Origin: a virus
Taxonomy: Duplodnaviria > Caudoviricetes
Virus record (IMG/VR): IMGVR_UViG_3300005804_000102
Coordinates: 1-33,004 of that record
DNA length: 33,004 bases
Strand: one strand, 5' to 3'
Both the position numbers and the translations under genes were made by a program. Below the pieces are notes generated by a model that saw nothing but the letters and a program-made list of their open reading frames with translations, ran no database searches and was not told the origin of the DNA. Shown here in pieces: positions 19,135-28,262 of the stretch. Within the stretch, counting starts at the first letter, position 1. Each line of letters opens with the position of its first letter.

Positions 19135-20730
19135 TTATTTAATGATGGTAAATTTCTTACTGGTCGACATGTTGCCAATCCTTGCCCGGCATAGGTATAC
19201 ACCTGAAGGATAATTGGAGAGATTAACAGTGCTTACCGATTCATTTGATGATATGCTATTGATGTCAGATTTATAGATAACTTGGCCCTTAAGGTTAAAG
19301 ATTTCAACTTGCAAGGGCATTTCTCTGGTTATATCCACTCCCGTAATTGAAACTGTAATCTCTCCATTAGTTCGTACGGGATTGGGACTCAATCTCATAT
19401 GCAATTGATCTATTAGTTGTGGCGCAATGAGATCATCATTAGCAACCATTCCGGGATTACCGCCATAGATAAATACATACCCTCGAAAATCATGATATGG
19501 CCATATACCCTCCTCAAACGGCGCAGAAACTGAGATGTCCTCACATCCATCACTATTAAAATCCCCAACTGCAACATCATAGCCGTAGTTTTCGAATGAA
19601 TTGACTTTCTGCCAGTCTGCAATTCCATCCATATTTTCTGAGCCCAACCAGACGGCAAACCGCCGACCCTGATAAGTGGCTCCGATTACGTCACTGAAAC
19701 CATCGCCATTAAAGTCACCATGGTCCAATCCGCGAAGTTGTGCATTTCCAAAATATCTTGGATTTAAGCTGAAGCTCGGAGCCGGTGTAAGACCGGTATC
19801 GGTTCCAAGCCAAACATTCATTCCGCGGCTGTCAGAGTATCCCATAAAATCGTCGAACCCATCATTGTTTAGGTCCCCAAGGGCTATGCATTTTCTCGTG
19901 ATGGAATTGGGCGTGTGGACAATGGGCGTATAATCAGAAAAAACTCTTTCACTGTTTCCATAATACACGCATACCGTAGAGAATTGATCATATCCCTGTT
20001 GCTCACCAAGATATCCTATGGAAAAATCATGATATCCATCGCCGTTTATGTCACCAATACCAATAATTGATCCGTCAGGATCTCCGCTTTGAAAGTCTAA
20101 ACTAAGTATGTTTTGCCGGGTAAAAGATCCTCCCCACATGATATCGAAATAGGTATAGTAGTTTATCTGATAGGAAATCCCAATATCACCAAATCCGTCC
20201 CCATCGACATCGCCAAGTTCGTGTATTGTGGCAAAGCTTTCACCAGGCTGAGGATATTCAATCCTATCAGGGCTTGTTAAATCGCTTGTTCCCCCAAAGA
20301 AAAATAAGTATCTTACACTTCCGGGAATATCTGGGTTTCGGTCCCCAATAATGAGGTCGTCAAAACCATCCCCGTTTACATCACCAGGTTTTCTGATTGA
20401 ACTAATTCTTCTCTGCTCACCTTCAGGATAATCCCCCTCCAAGGTCATGGCTGGCTCTGAAGTTGAGCTAAAGCCAGTGCCACCATAGTACACATAGACT
20501 TTCCCCCGAGATGGACTTTGTTGATACTGATAACCATAAGCCATAGAAAACACAATTAAATCATCGATACCATCGTGGTTAAAGTCTAAGCTTACTATGC
20601 TGTAACCAAAAGCAGACGCATTATGTTCACCCTGCAATTGCGCCAGCAGAGGCATGTCATTTAAACCATGCATTACAAATATGGGCATAATTATCAAAAA
20701 GAAAGATAAAGCAAATCTGCTCGAAATCAT
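19135..20730 (-). CDS. Secreted FG-GAP (integrin-alpha-like beta-propeller) repeat protein with T9SS-type C-terminal domain
   Basis: Signal peptide; seven D(F/V/I/L)(N/D)xDGxxD repeats; tail SPNP...IFNLKGQ...SGVYL...KKFTIIK; AGGAGG RBS. Confidence 0.9.
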   Translation of the reverse strand: MISSRFALSFFLIIMPIFVMHGLNDMPLLAQLQGEHNASAFGYSIVSLDFNHDGIDDLIVFSMAYGYQYQQSPSRGKVYVYYGGTGFSSTSEPAMTLEGDYPEGEQRRISSIRKPGDVNGDGFDDLIIGDRNPDIPGSVRYLFFFGGTSDLTSPDRIEYPQPGESFATIHELGDVDGDGFGDIGISYQINYYTYFDIMWGGSFTRQNILSLDFQSGDPDGSIIGIGDINGDGYHDFSIGYLGEQQGYDQFSTVCVYYGNSERVFSDYTPIVHTPNSITRKCIALGDLNNDGFDDFMGYSDSRGMNVWLGTDTGLTPAPSFSLNPRYFGNAQLRGLDHGDFNGDGFSDVIGATYQGRRFAVWLGSENMDGIADWQKVNSFENYGYDVAVGDFNSDGCEDISVSAPFEEGIWPYHDFRGYVFIYGGNPGMVANDDLIAPQLIDQLHMRLSPNPVRTNGEITVSITGVDITREMPLQVEIFNLKGQVIYKSDINSISSNESVSTVNLSNYPSGVYLCRARIGNMSTSKKFTIIK

Positions 20731-21065
20731 AGTTCCTCCTAGTTTGATTCTTACCTTGTTAAATATCTCCTTTTACCACTAAAAAAAAGCTGAACGTTTA
20801 AAATTCTTCTAGGGTAACTTCCATATCATTCAGTATGATAAAATCCAGCTTCAGCAGGCATCACTCTTTGTTCTTGTTCATACTTTCCAACCATATGGCT
20901 ATAACTACAGCTATATTGCTAAAATAGTCGACGGCTTACAAAAAGCAAATAGAATTTTAGAATACCAATTTTCTGTCGCATCCTTATACATCCTGATTTG
21001 TCATCATACAGGGTAGTGCTTTCCTGGCTCTGGATCAATGATCACATCTGGAACAAGGAGATAGC

Positions 21066-21491
21066 ATGACCGAAGCGTTGATGAACCGAATCAAAGCTCA
21101 GTTAGTCAGGCATGAAGGTCTGAGACTGAAGCCATACCGCTGCACTGCAGGCAAGCTGACCATCGGTATTGGCCGCAATCTCGATGACCGGGGAATCTCC
21201 CAGAAAGAGGCCTATGCCATGCTGGAGCGAGATATCCAAGACTGCGAGCAGTGGCTTATCGATGAGATTCCCGAGATTTACAATAAGCTCGATGATGTGC
21301 GTCAGTCGGTGCTGCTGAATATGTGCTTCAACCTCGGTATCAAGGGTCTCCTGGAGTTCAAGAATACGCTGGGATTTATCGGTGCAGGAGACTGGGAAAG
21401 GGCTGCCAATGGCATGCTTGCGTCCAAGTGGGCGAAGCAGGTTGGAATGAGAGCGATTGAGCTTTCTGAGCTGATGAGGAAGGGGCAGTGA
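21066..21491 (+). CDS. Phage lysozyme / endolysin (GH24-like)
   Basis: HEGLRLKPYRCTAGKLTIGIGRNL, NMCFNLG and SKWAKQV..RA motifs; AAGGAG RBS. Confidence 0.92.
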   Translation: MTEALMNRIKAQLVRHEGLRLKPYRCTAGKLTIGIGRNLDDRGISQKEAYAMLERDIQDCEQWLIDEIPEIYNKLDDVRQSVLLNMCFNLGIKGLLEFKNTLGFIGAGDWERAANGMLASKWAKQVGMRAIELSELMRKGQ

Positions 21492-21946
21492 TACCTATCC
21501 CGGTCGAGGTTGATGCCATGCTCGCCATCCTCAACCTGCCCAAGGAGATGGCCAACAATGGCATCTTCAAGGAACATCAGGGGCTGGTCATGGAGATGAT
21601 CCACTCACTGGTACTGCAGGAGCACTATGATCATGCTACTCACGATGACCTTCCGGAAGAGGAGCCTCTTCTCGTTTCTTTTCGTTTTGGGTTCTGTTTC
21701 CTGATGCTGCACAGTACATGTGAGTTTCTCAATTTAAAGACCCTGGGCGAGGGAATAGTCAAGACCGTAGGATTAGACCAATCGGCAACCGAACTGCTCA
21801 CAGGGAGCGAAATTGACGCCTTCAAAGCCAATCTTGAGCTGAGAGCACTGTCCGTTTTAAGCTCCTATCTCAATACAGCCGGTCTGGATCGCCTGAACGA
21901 ACTCAAGCCCAGACAGCCTCGTGCTATCCGGGTGGGAGTGATCTGA
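21488..21946 (+). CDS. Hypothetical phage protein (possible head-tail connector)
   Basis: GTGA-coupled to the lysozyme gene, phage-like codon usage. Function from position only. Confidence 0.6.
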   Translation: MIPIPVEVDAMLAILNLPKEMANNGIFKEHQGLVMEMIHSLVLQEHYDHATHDDLPEEEPLLVSFRFGFCFLMLHSTCEFLNLKTLGEGIVKTVGLDQSATELLTGSEIDAFKANLELRALSVLSSYLNTAGLDRLNELKPRQPRAIRVGVI

Positions 21947-22434
21947 TGCCTGATAGCTATAACAGTCCTGATGAGCTGATGCTTGAGATCTACCGATCTA
22001 TCTATGCCGCACTGGAGAGCCGCTTACACCTGATCGGTTCGGTGATCGATGCCGAGTCCCGTAAGGAGACTCTGGCACAGCAGATCTATGACAAGGGCGA
22101 CTTCTATGGCAATACCGGCTATCTGCTCCAGACCACCGATACTGCCATGATCCTGAGAGTAGGCTCGAACGTGAAACACGAACCTTTCGTTTTGGGCGGC
22201 AAAGTGCCTTCCTGGACTCCGATCGCTCCCCTCACCCAATGGGTCGAACGCAAGCACCTGTCTTGGACTGATAAAGAGACGGGGAAAGCTCTGACCGTAG
22301 CCGAGATCGCCTATCTCATCCGGGGCAAGATCAAGCGGGAAGGCATTGCCGCTCGTAATGTGTTTGCTTCAGTCATCGCCAACCGGGAGCAGTGGATATA
22401 TCAGCAGTTGAACGATATCGAGGTGAGCCTGTGA
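21946..22434 (+). CDS. Virion morphogenesis / neck protein (HK97 gp10- or Mu gpG-like)
   Basis: D.G......, VGSNVKH..FV..G, L..WV.RK and I.R.GI.AR pattern. Confidence 0.65.
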   Translation: MPDSYNSPDELMLEIYRSIYAALESRLHLIGSVIDAESRKETLAQQIYDKGDFYGNTGYLLQTTDTAMILRVGSNVKHEPFVLGGKVPSWTPIAPLTQWVERKHLSWTDKETGKALTVAEIAYLIRGKIKREGIAARNVFASVIANREQWIYQQLNDIEVSL

Positions 22435-22832
22435 CCGCTCTTGAGAAGTACCAAGCCGAACGCAACCGCATCTCAGAAGCTCTTAATCTTGCTGGTGTGG
22501 CTGAGACCCTATTCAACAAGGACAACATCCCCAAGAACCTACCCTGCGCCATCCTGATCCTCGATTCCGAGACAGGCAAGCATGGCACCTCCCGCCAGTA
22601 TGTGGATACCGATATCGCCTGGACGGTTTACCTGATCGTCAATGCTCAGAATGTATCCGACCCGGACTCAGAGATCTACTCGCTCAAGGAGAAGTTCCGG
22701 AGTTATTATCAGAAGTTGATGAACCGGGACCTGCCGAGTATCGAGTATTACACCAGCCGTATAGACGGTACCAGACTGGTCAGGATCGCCAAGATTGACC
22801 TGCTGAAGAGCGGCACAGGAGCGGGATCATGA
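22431..22832 (+). CDS. Hypothetical phage protein (possible tail terminator/completion)
   Basis: GTG 22431 overlaps the previous stop; LPCAILI motif and size fit. Function is inference. Confidence 0.55.
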   Translation: MTALEKYQAERNRISEALNLAGVAETLFNKDNIPKNLPCAILILDSETGKHGTSRQYVDTDIAWTVYLIVNAQNVSDPDSEIYSLKEKFRSYYQKLMNRDLPSIEYYTSRIDGTRLVRIAKIDLLKSGTGAGS

Positions 22833-24022
22833 GAGTGATGCGTATAGGTGCCTACAACCTGGCTATCAGTTCTGCCAGAGAGCTACTGGAGAGCAAATAC
22901 AAGCCGGAACCCATAGATCTATCCAAGTATCAGCGGATTGGTAAGCAGTTGGTATCCAAGGCTGCCGAGACCAAGAAAGTTGTCTCTCAGCCCTACTCGA
23001 TGAGCAATCTGCTCAACTTACTGGATACCGACGAGTACCACTCCGGATGCATTGATGCCTTGTCTATGTCTACCGTGATGCAGTTTGACTGCAAGAACAG
23101 CCAGGTCAAGGCTTGGATGGAAAATGCTGAGTTCCCTGCATGTGAAGACCAGACCACCATCCTAAGCGAGATGATTAAGTTTTATCTCGCGTGTGGTAAC
23201 GGCTTCCTGATCAAGATGAGGAACGCCCAAGGACAATGGATGGGACTGGAGCGCTTGTTGCCCTCTGAGGTTCAGATCGTGGAGAACTATGACGAGTTCG
23301 GCTTCTTCAAGCCGAACTACATCCAGGTCAAGAACAATCAGAAGAAGGACTTCGCCTACGAGGACATCATCCACGTAAAGAAGTCCACACATAGATCAAA
23401 CGCCTGGGGACTAGCCTGCCTGCCCATTGCCATCAACATCGAGATCTTGGGCGAGATCAAGACCTTCGACTACAACAACTTCAAGAACGGCCTCATGATC
23501 GACTATTTCGTGATCGTGGAAGGCGGCACCCTCAGAGACGGAACCGTCACCGACGAGCAGGGCAATGAGATTCTTACCGATGCCTATACCGAGATTGAGA
23601 AAGCCTTAACCGAAGTCAAAGGTAATGCCAAGAGCCACTCCACGGTGCTGATCGAGAGTGAGAGCAGGGACGTGAAGATACGCCTGGAGCCGCTCAGACA
23701 GCAGGACCGGGAAGGCGGCTTTCTTGGGCTTAAGAAAGACCTCCGGGAAGGTATCCTAGCTTATCACAGAGTCCCGGCAAGGATCGTCTCACAGCTTATC
23801 CCTGGGCAACTTGGTGGCGATAACAGTAGCGATATGCGGATGTTCTACCAGTTCGTGGTCAGACCGCTGCAGAACCGCCTGGCACTAGCCCTGGCAAACG
23901 AGTTCAACTTCGACTTCGGCTGGAACGTCAAGCCGGAAGACTTCAACTTCGGCAACCTGACAGAAGTTCTGCAAACCGCTGATGAGCAACTCTTCATGCA
24001 GAATCGGAACTTTGGAAACTAA
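22829..24022 (+). CDS. Portal protein (PBSX/P2-Q-like)
   Basis: YLACGNGFL, IIHVK...WGL, FKNG, ILAYHRVP..I and FYQFVVRPLQ portal motifs. Confidence 0.88.
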   Translation: MRVMRIGAYNLAISSARELLESKYKPEPIDLSKYQRIGKQLVSKAAETKKVVSQPYSMSNLLNLLDTDEYHSGCIDALSMSTVMQFDCKNSQVKAWMENAEFPACEDQTTILSEMIKFYLACGNGFLIKMRNAQGQWMGLERLLPSEVQIVENYDEFGFFKPNYIQVKNNQKKDFAYEDIIHVKKSTHRSNAWGLACLPIAINIEILGEIKTFDYNNFKNGLMIDYFVIVEGGTLRDGTVTDEQGNEILTDAYTEIEKALTEVKGNAKSHSTVLIESESRDVKIRLEPLRQQDREGGFLGLKKDLREGILAYHRVPARIVSQLIPGQLGGDNSSDMRMFYQFVVRPLQNRLALALANEFNFDFGWNVKPEDFNFGNLTEVLQTADEQLFMQNRNFGN

Positions 24023-24082
24023 CAAACTATGAGAATCAACAGAATAGACAATCAAGCACATAACAATACCAAAGGAGGTAGC

Positions 24083-25813
24083 GTGAATCGTAAACGCACC
24101 ATTCTCAAGGGAGAACTCCGCAACGTAGAAGTCGAGCTGGTCTCGCTTCTCTTCGATGAGATGACTCCCGCCAATCAGAAGGGCTTTGTGGTCAAGAATG
24201 CTTCCGGTAGAAGCTTTGAACACAAGATCAACTCAGCCAAGTTCAAGAGCGAAACACAGGGCACCCAGGGACGCCTATTCGTCACCCTGATGGAGCCCAA
24301 CATCCACGACTCGCAGGGCGATTATTACACCCGGGAAGAGATTCAGAAGGCCTGCGACCACTTCGCCAAGCATGGCTTGGTCGGCAAATGTGACGTCAAT
24401 CACAACATGCAGCCGGTGCCTGAGTTTACCGTTGTCGAGAACTACATCCTCAAGACCAGTGACCGGGAACACTTCCCCGATACCAAGGTGGGAGCCTGGG
24501 TCCAGGTCTTGAAGTGCGAAGATCTGGGCAGTGAGCTCTGGCAGAAGGTCGAGAAAGGCGAGTTCAATGGAGTCTCGATCTACGGACGAGCCGATGACTA
24601 CCGCAGTGCGGAAGCGAGCCTGGCCGAGATCAAGAACGAGCTCAATTCGCTTCGCAAGGTAGCGGAGCACAACAACAACTCCGAGCTGCAGAAGGGCATT
24701 ACCGCCATCACTGAGAAGATCAGTGAGCTGGAGAAGGGTAATCCCAATCTCCAGCTTGGCGATGCCATACACAGCATCGAGAAGAGTCTCAAAGATCTCT
24801 CTGTCACCATGAGCAGAGCTATCTCCAAGTCCATACCCGGAGAACCGGATGCTAACCTCTCCAATGTGGACAAAGAGGTTACCATCGATGGTAACAAGAT
24901 CATGGTCAAGGCTTCGCATCGTGAGATATACAAAGGCATCTCCGATGTGGACTCCGGCAAGGCCATGAACATCCTGACAGCTAATACAACTTCGCTCTTC
25001 ATTGACGAGGTGATCGGAAGCCAGCCGGGAGATACACTCTCGGATATCTCGGTTCTGCCGTTACTAAAGGACGAGAAGATCGACGTCGGCTTGATCGATG
25101 ATCTGGTCTTCAAGAACAGCCTCGATGGCGCTCTGACCGCTCAGAACGTGAGTACTGCCGATCTCTCAGTCCCCACCGGGATACTCAATGCCGAGTTCAC
25201 CCTGGGCCGTGATGTGGTCGAGTTCTACAAGGACAAGTACGGAGAAGATGCCTTCGGAGCCTATGTGGAGAACCACATCGCCAAGAAGACCGAGAAGGCC
25301 ATCAGACTGCTGCTCTTCAAGGGTGATCGAGCCTCTGCCACTGCCAAGATCAAGGCTCTGGATGGAGTGATTAAGCTCGCCACCACAGCCACCGATGTCA
25401 CCAACCTCTCCAAGACCACTTACACCGACTGGGCGAAGCGCTTCGAAGCGGCTCTCCTCGCTTTTTCGGATGAGATGTTAGAAGAGCAGGAGAACTTCAA
25501 GTTCTACGTGGCTCACAAGGACCTGATCCGTATCCGGGCCGAACTCGCCAAGCGTGAGACCGGAGCCGGAGATCGCCTGCTGCTCGAAGGCGGCAACGTC
25601 TCCTTTGCGGGTATCCCGGTCAAACCCCGTCTCATGGATGCCGATTACATCATCGGCGGTCTGCCCAAGTTCATCATCGTCGGCTATCGCACTGATGCCG
25701 AACTTAAAGTCGAACACCACGGAAGCGATTGGAAGTACCACTGGTATATCCGTATCCGTCCCGGCATCACCTACATTTCTGGTTTCGTGAAAGTGTTCAA
25801 GCTCACCACCTAA
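24083..25813 (+). CDS. Fused prohead protease (XkdF-like) - scaffold - major capsid protein
   Basis: N-terminal VSL...PAN, DSQGD, DVNH, W..VEKGEFNGVSIYG protease motifs; coiled-coil linker; capsid-like C-terminus (LLFKGD...DGVIK, FAGIPV). GTG 24083 after GGAGG. Confidence 0.8.
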   Translation: MNRKRTILKGELRNVEVELVSLLFDEMTPANQKGFVVKNASGRSFEHKINSAKFKSETQGTQGRLFVTLMEPNIHDSQGDYYTREEIQKACDHFAKHGLVGKCDVNHNMQPVPEFTVVENYILKTSDREHFPDTKVGAWVQVLKCEDLGSELWQKVEKGEFNGVSIYGRADDYRSAEASLAEIKNELNSLRKVAEHNNNSELQKGITAITEKISELEKGNPNLQLGDAIHSIEKSLKDLSVTMSRAISKSIPGEPDANLSNVDKEVTIDGNKIMVKASHREIYKGISDVDSGKAMNILTANTTSLFIDEVIGSQPGDTLSDISVLPLLKDEKIDVGLIDDLVFKNSLDGALTAQNVSTADLSVPTGILNAEFTLGRDVVEFYKDKYGEDAFGAYVENHIAKKTEKAIRLLLFKGDRASATAKIKALDGVIKLATTATDVTNLSKTTYTDWAKRFEAALLAFSDEMLEEQENFKFYVAHKDLIRIRAELAKRETGAGDRLLLEGGNVSFAGIPVKPRLMDADYIIGGLPKFIIVGYRTDAELKVEHHGSDWKYHWYIRIRPGITYISGFVKVFKLTT

Positions 25814-25837
25814 GCAATAACAACATAAGGAGTATCT

Positions 25838-26188
25838 ATGGACTTCATCTTCGCCAATCAGGAGTTTATCCTGGGTCTGGTCTCAGCTCTGGTAGTCTGG
25901 ATCATCTCCAGAACCACCGGCAGTGTAATCGACAAGGCCAAGGTCAACTCGGCTCTGGCTATCATCCTGGACATTATCCAGGACATCAAGATCAATCCTG
26001 CCACCAAAGACCTGGATGACTATGCCAAGAAGCAGTTGGCAGTTGAGCGGGCTACCAAGTCCCTCCCGGCCAAGCAGACCAATGTTATCCTCAAGGTCTT
26101 CGGCACCATCGGAGGAGCCATCGAATACGTGTTCCACAACCGCAAATGGCTCTTTAGCATCGGCAAGGCGATCAAAGGGGTGTTCTGA
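25838..26188 (+). CDS. Membrane protein, holin-like
   Basis: N-terminal TM segment ILGLVSALVVWII; K...AVE...I.GAIE pattern resembling LL-H-type holins (inference). Confidence 0.55.
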   Translation: MDFIFANQEFILGLVSALVVWIISRTTGSVIDKAKVNSALAIILDIIQDIKINPATKDLDDYAKKQLAVERATKSLPAKQTNVILKVFGTIGGAIEYVFHNRKWLFSIGKAIKGVF

Positions 26189-26733
26189 TGCCCCAGCCTA
26201 TTTCGCAGCCCACCTATCCTTCCAACATGACCGAGGGTGACCTCGGCTTCAGCAAGCTCATGGACGTCTTGATTGCCGATCTCGTTTACTTCGGGATCGG
26301 CACCTACGATCTATTATCCATAGAAACGCTGTATGCCACTCAAGCTGCGGTCAAGACGGAACTGACTACCAACTTCGACCTGCTCGGTGAACTGGCCGAG
26401 AAGCCCGGTAAGACGGACTCCAAGCTGTCCAAGCTCAAGACCCGCAACTATACCATTCCCGGCAAGCGCACCAGCACGGTCGAACTCAACGTCTCCGGCT
26501 TATCCACCAAGCAGAAGAACTTTCTGGAAAGCACACTGTTCATGAGCAAGGACACCACCATCGTGGTGGTCTCCAAAGATTATGACAGAGCAGTGATCTT
26601 CACCGGACTGCGCTGGACAGTCGACTGGTCGGGAGAAGCTGATGGCCTCTTCAACGTAGTCATCTCCACCGAGTTCTCCGGAGTCACTTCCAACAAGATC
26701 TTCCTGCTTAAGGACATCCCTGCGGGAGTATAA
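26188..26733 (+). CDS. Probable major tail tube protein
   Basis: 181-aa Thr/Ser-rich, beta-strand-like protein upstream of the tail chaperone; no sheath gene seen. Confidence 0.55.
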   Translation: MPQPISQPTYPSNMTEGDLGFSKLMDVLIADLVYFGIGTYDLLSIETLYATQAAVKTELTTNFDLLGELAEKPGKTDSKLSKLKTRNYTIPGKRTSTVELNVSGLSTKQKNFLESTLFMSKDTTIVVVSKDYDRAVIFTGLRWTVDWSGEADGLFNVVISTEFSGVTSNKIFLLKDIPAGV

Positions 26734-26776
26734 GATTACTGCTCTTCGCAATTACACTCTAAAACAAGGAACTGCT

Positions 26777-26977
26777 ATGGACTGCCAGTGCAAACCTGAG
26801 ATCAAAGAAAAGATAGACTCGGTTCACGAGGAGATCTATGGCAATGGTGACAGTAACAAGTCACTGGTAACCAGGATGGCGAGAGTGGAGACGAACATGA
26901 AGATACTGCTAACCGTCTCCACCTCGCAATTCCTGCTCTTACTCGGCATTGCCCTCGAAATGTTCTTTGGTAAATAA
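26777..26977 (+). CDS. Small coiled-coil + C-terminal TM protein (XhlA/holin-like)
   Basis: IYGNG...LVTRMARVE followed by hydrophobic FLLLLGIAL; AAGGA RBS. Confidence 0.6.
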   Translation: MDCQCKPEIKEKIDSVHEEIYGNGDSNKSLVTRMARVETNMKILLTVSTSQFLLLLGIALEMFFGK

Positions 26978-26992
26978 GAAAAGGACTATTCT

Positions 26993-27343
26993 ATGAAGCG
27001 AGAACCCAAACTCAGCTATAGCCAACTGCGGCAAATACTCTGCCTCACGATCTCGAATGCTACCCTGAAAGCCAAGCTTGAGGACTTCCTCTCCGGCCAG
27101 GTAGCCAAAGTGAGTGAGGTAGAACTGCTTGAACTGATCAGCCAATCGGAAGCCGATAAAGAGCTGATCCGCATCATCTCAAACCAGGACCCGGACGATA
27201 TGGACGCCCTCGAAGCACTGGAGCATATCTCCGCTTTTTTCGTCTATATCAGAGCCAACAAAGAGAGGTTCGCAAGTTGGCTCGGGAGTTTCGGATTGGC
27301 GGTAACGGCGTCTCCAAATACCCCTTCGAGAGGTTCGAAATGA
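26993..27343 (+). CDS. Tail assembly chaperone (lambda gpG-like)
   Basis: Acidic 116-aa ORF containing the in-frame slippery heptamer T TTT TTC (27235-27241). Confidence 0.7.
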   Translation: MKREPKLSYSQLRQILCLTISNATLKAKLEDFLSGQVAKVSEVELLELISQSEADKELIRIISNQDPDDMDALEALEHISAFFVYIRANKERFASWLGSFGLAVTASPNTPSRGSK

Positions 27344-27444
27344 TCCTGCGTAAACTTGGCTTCACCAACGAGGACTTCGATACCCTCACTCTTCCTGAGC
27401 TGTATCTGCGTCTCTGCATCACCGACACCAAAGGAGACACATAA
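27235..27444 (+). CDS. -1 frameshift extension of the tail chaperone (gpGT-like)
   Basis: -1 frame open from the slippery site to TAA 27442-27444 (...RLYQSQQREVRKLAREFRIGGNGVSKYPFERFEMILRKLGFTNEDFDTLTLPELYLRLCITDTKGDT*). Confidence 0.7.
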   Translation, partial: FFRLYQSQQREVRKLAREFRIGGNGVSKYPFERFEMILRKLGFTNEDFDTLTLPELYLRLCITDTKGDT

Positions 27445-28262
27445 TGGATGCCATCATCGGCTGGATAGGCGGTAAACGCCTGCTGAGAAAGGTTATCGCT
27501 CCCTATGTCCCCAAGGACATCACAGGCTTCATAGAGCCCTTCGGTGGGGCTGCCTGGATGCTCCTTTACAAAGAGAAATGGGGTGATCTGGAAGTCTATA
27601 ACGATCTCGATAACCGCCTGGTCAACCTCTTCCTGCAGGTAAAATACCATCCTGATGAACTGATCAAAGAACTGGACTGGTTAGTAGCCAGCCGTAAGCT
27701 CTTTGGCGATATCCTCAAGCAGGAAGGCCTCACCGAGATACAGCGAGCCGCCAGGTTCATGTACCTGATCACCAGATCATTCGGCAGCAAGGGTGACAGC
27801 TTCGGCACCTCTCAGAAGCGTGGAACCTCCAGTATGTATAACCGCCTGGAACGCATCAAGGAACTCCACAGACGCCTGGATACGGTGATCATCGAGAACC
27901 TCCCCTACGAGAAGGTGATCGAAAAATTCGACACTAAAAGTAACTTCTTCTACTGCGACCCGCCTTACATGCTCGGCTATACCTACGAGAACAGCAAGCA
28001 GTTCAGCCATGAAGACCTGTGCGCCAAGCTGAAGAAGATCAAGGGACGGTTCATCCTCAGCTATGACGATAACCCGGAAGTGCTCAAGCTATACAAGGGC
28101 TTTGATATCAAGCACGTCACCAGAACCAAGGGTATCAACCGCAAAGAAGGCAAGTCCGAGTTCAATGAAGTGATCATCGCCAACTTCGATCTTGTAGAAT
28201 CCGAGCTGGAAAACTCTAGGCTCAAGACCAAACCGAGCAAAGACATCAGGGGGATTTCATGA
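27444..28262 (+). CDS. D12-class (Dam-like) N6-adenine DNA methyltransferase 1
   Basis: WIGGK, EPFGG, YNDLD and DPPY motifs. Confidence 0.92.
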   Translation: MDAIIGWIGGKRLLRKVIAPYVPKDITGFIEPFGGAAWMLLYKEKWGDLEVYNDLDNRLVNLFLQVKYHPDELIKELDWLVASRKLFGDILKQEGLTEIQRAARFMYLITRSFGSKGDSFGTSQKRGTSSMYNRLERIKELHRRLDTVIIENLPYEKVIEKFDTKSNFFYCDPPYMLGYTYENSKQFSHEDLCAKLKKIKGRFILSYDDNPEVLKLYKGFDIKHVTRTKGINRKEGKSEFNEVIIANFDLVESELENSRLKTKPSKDIRGIS

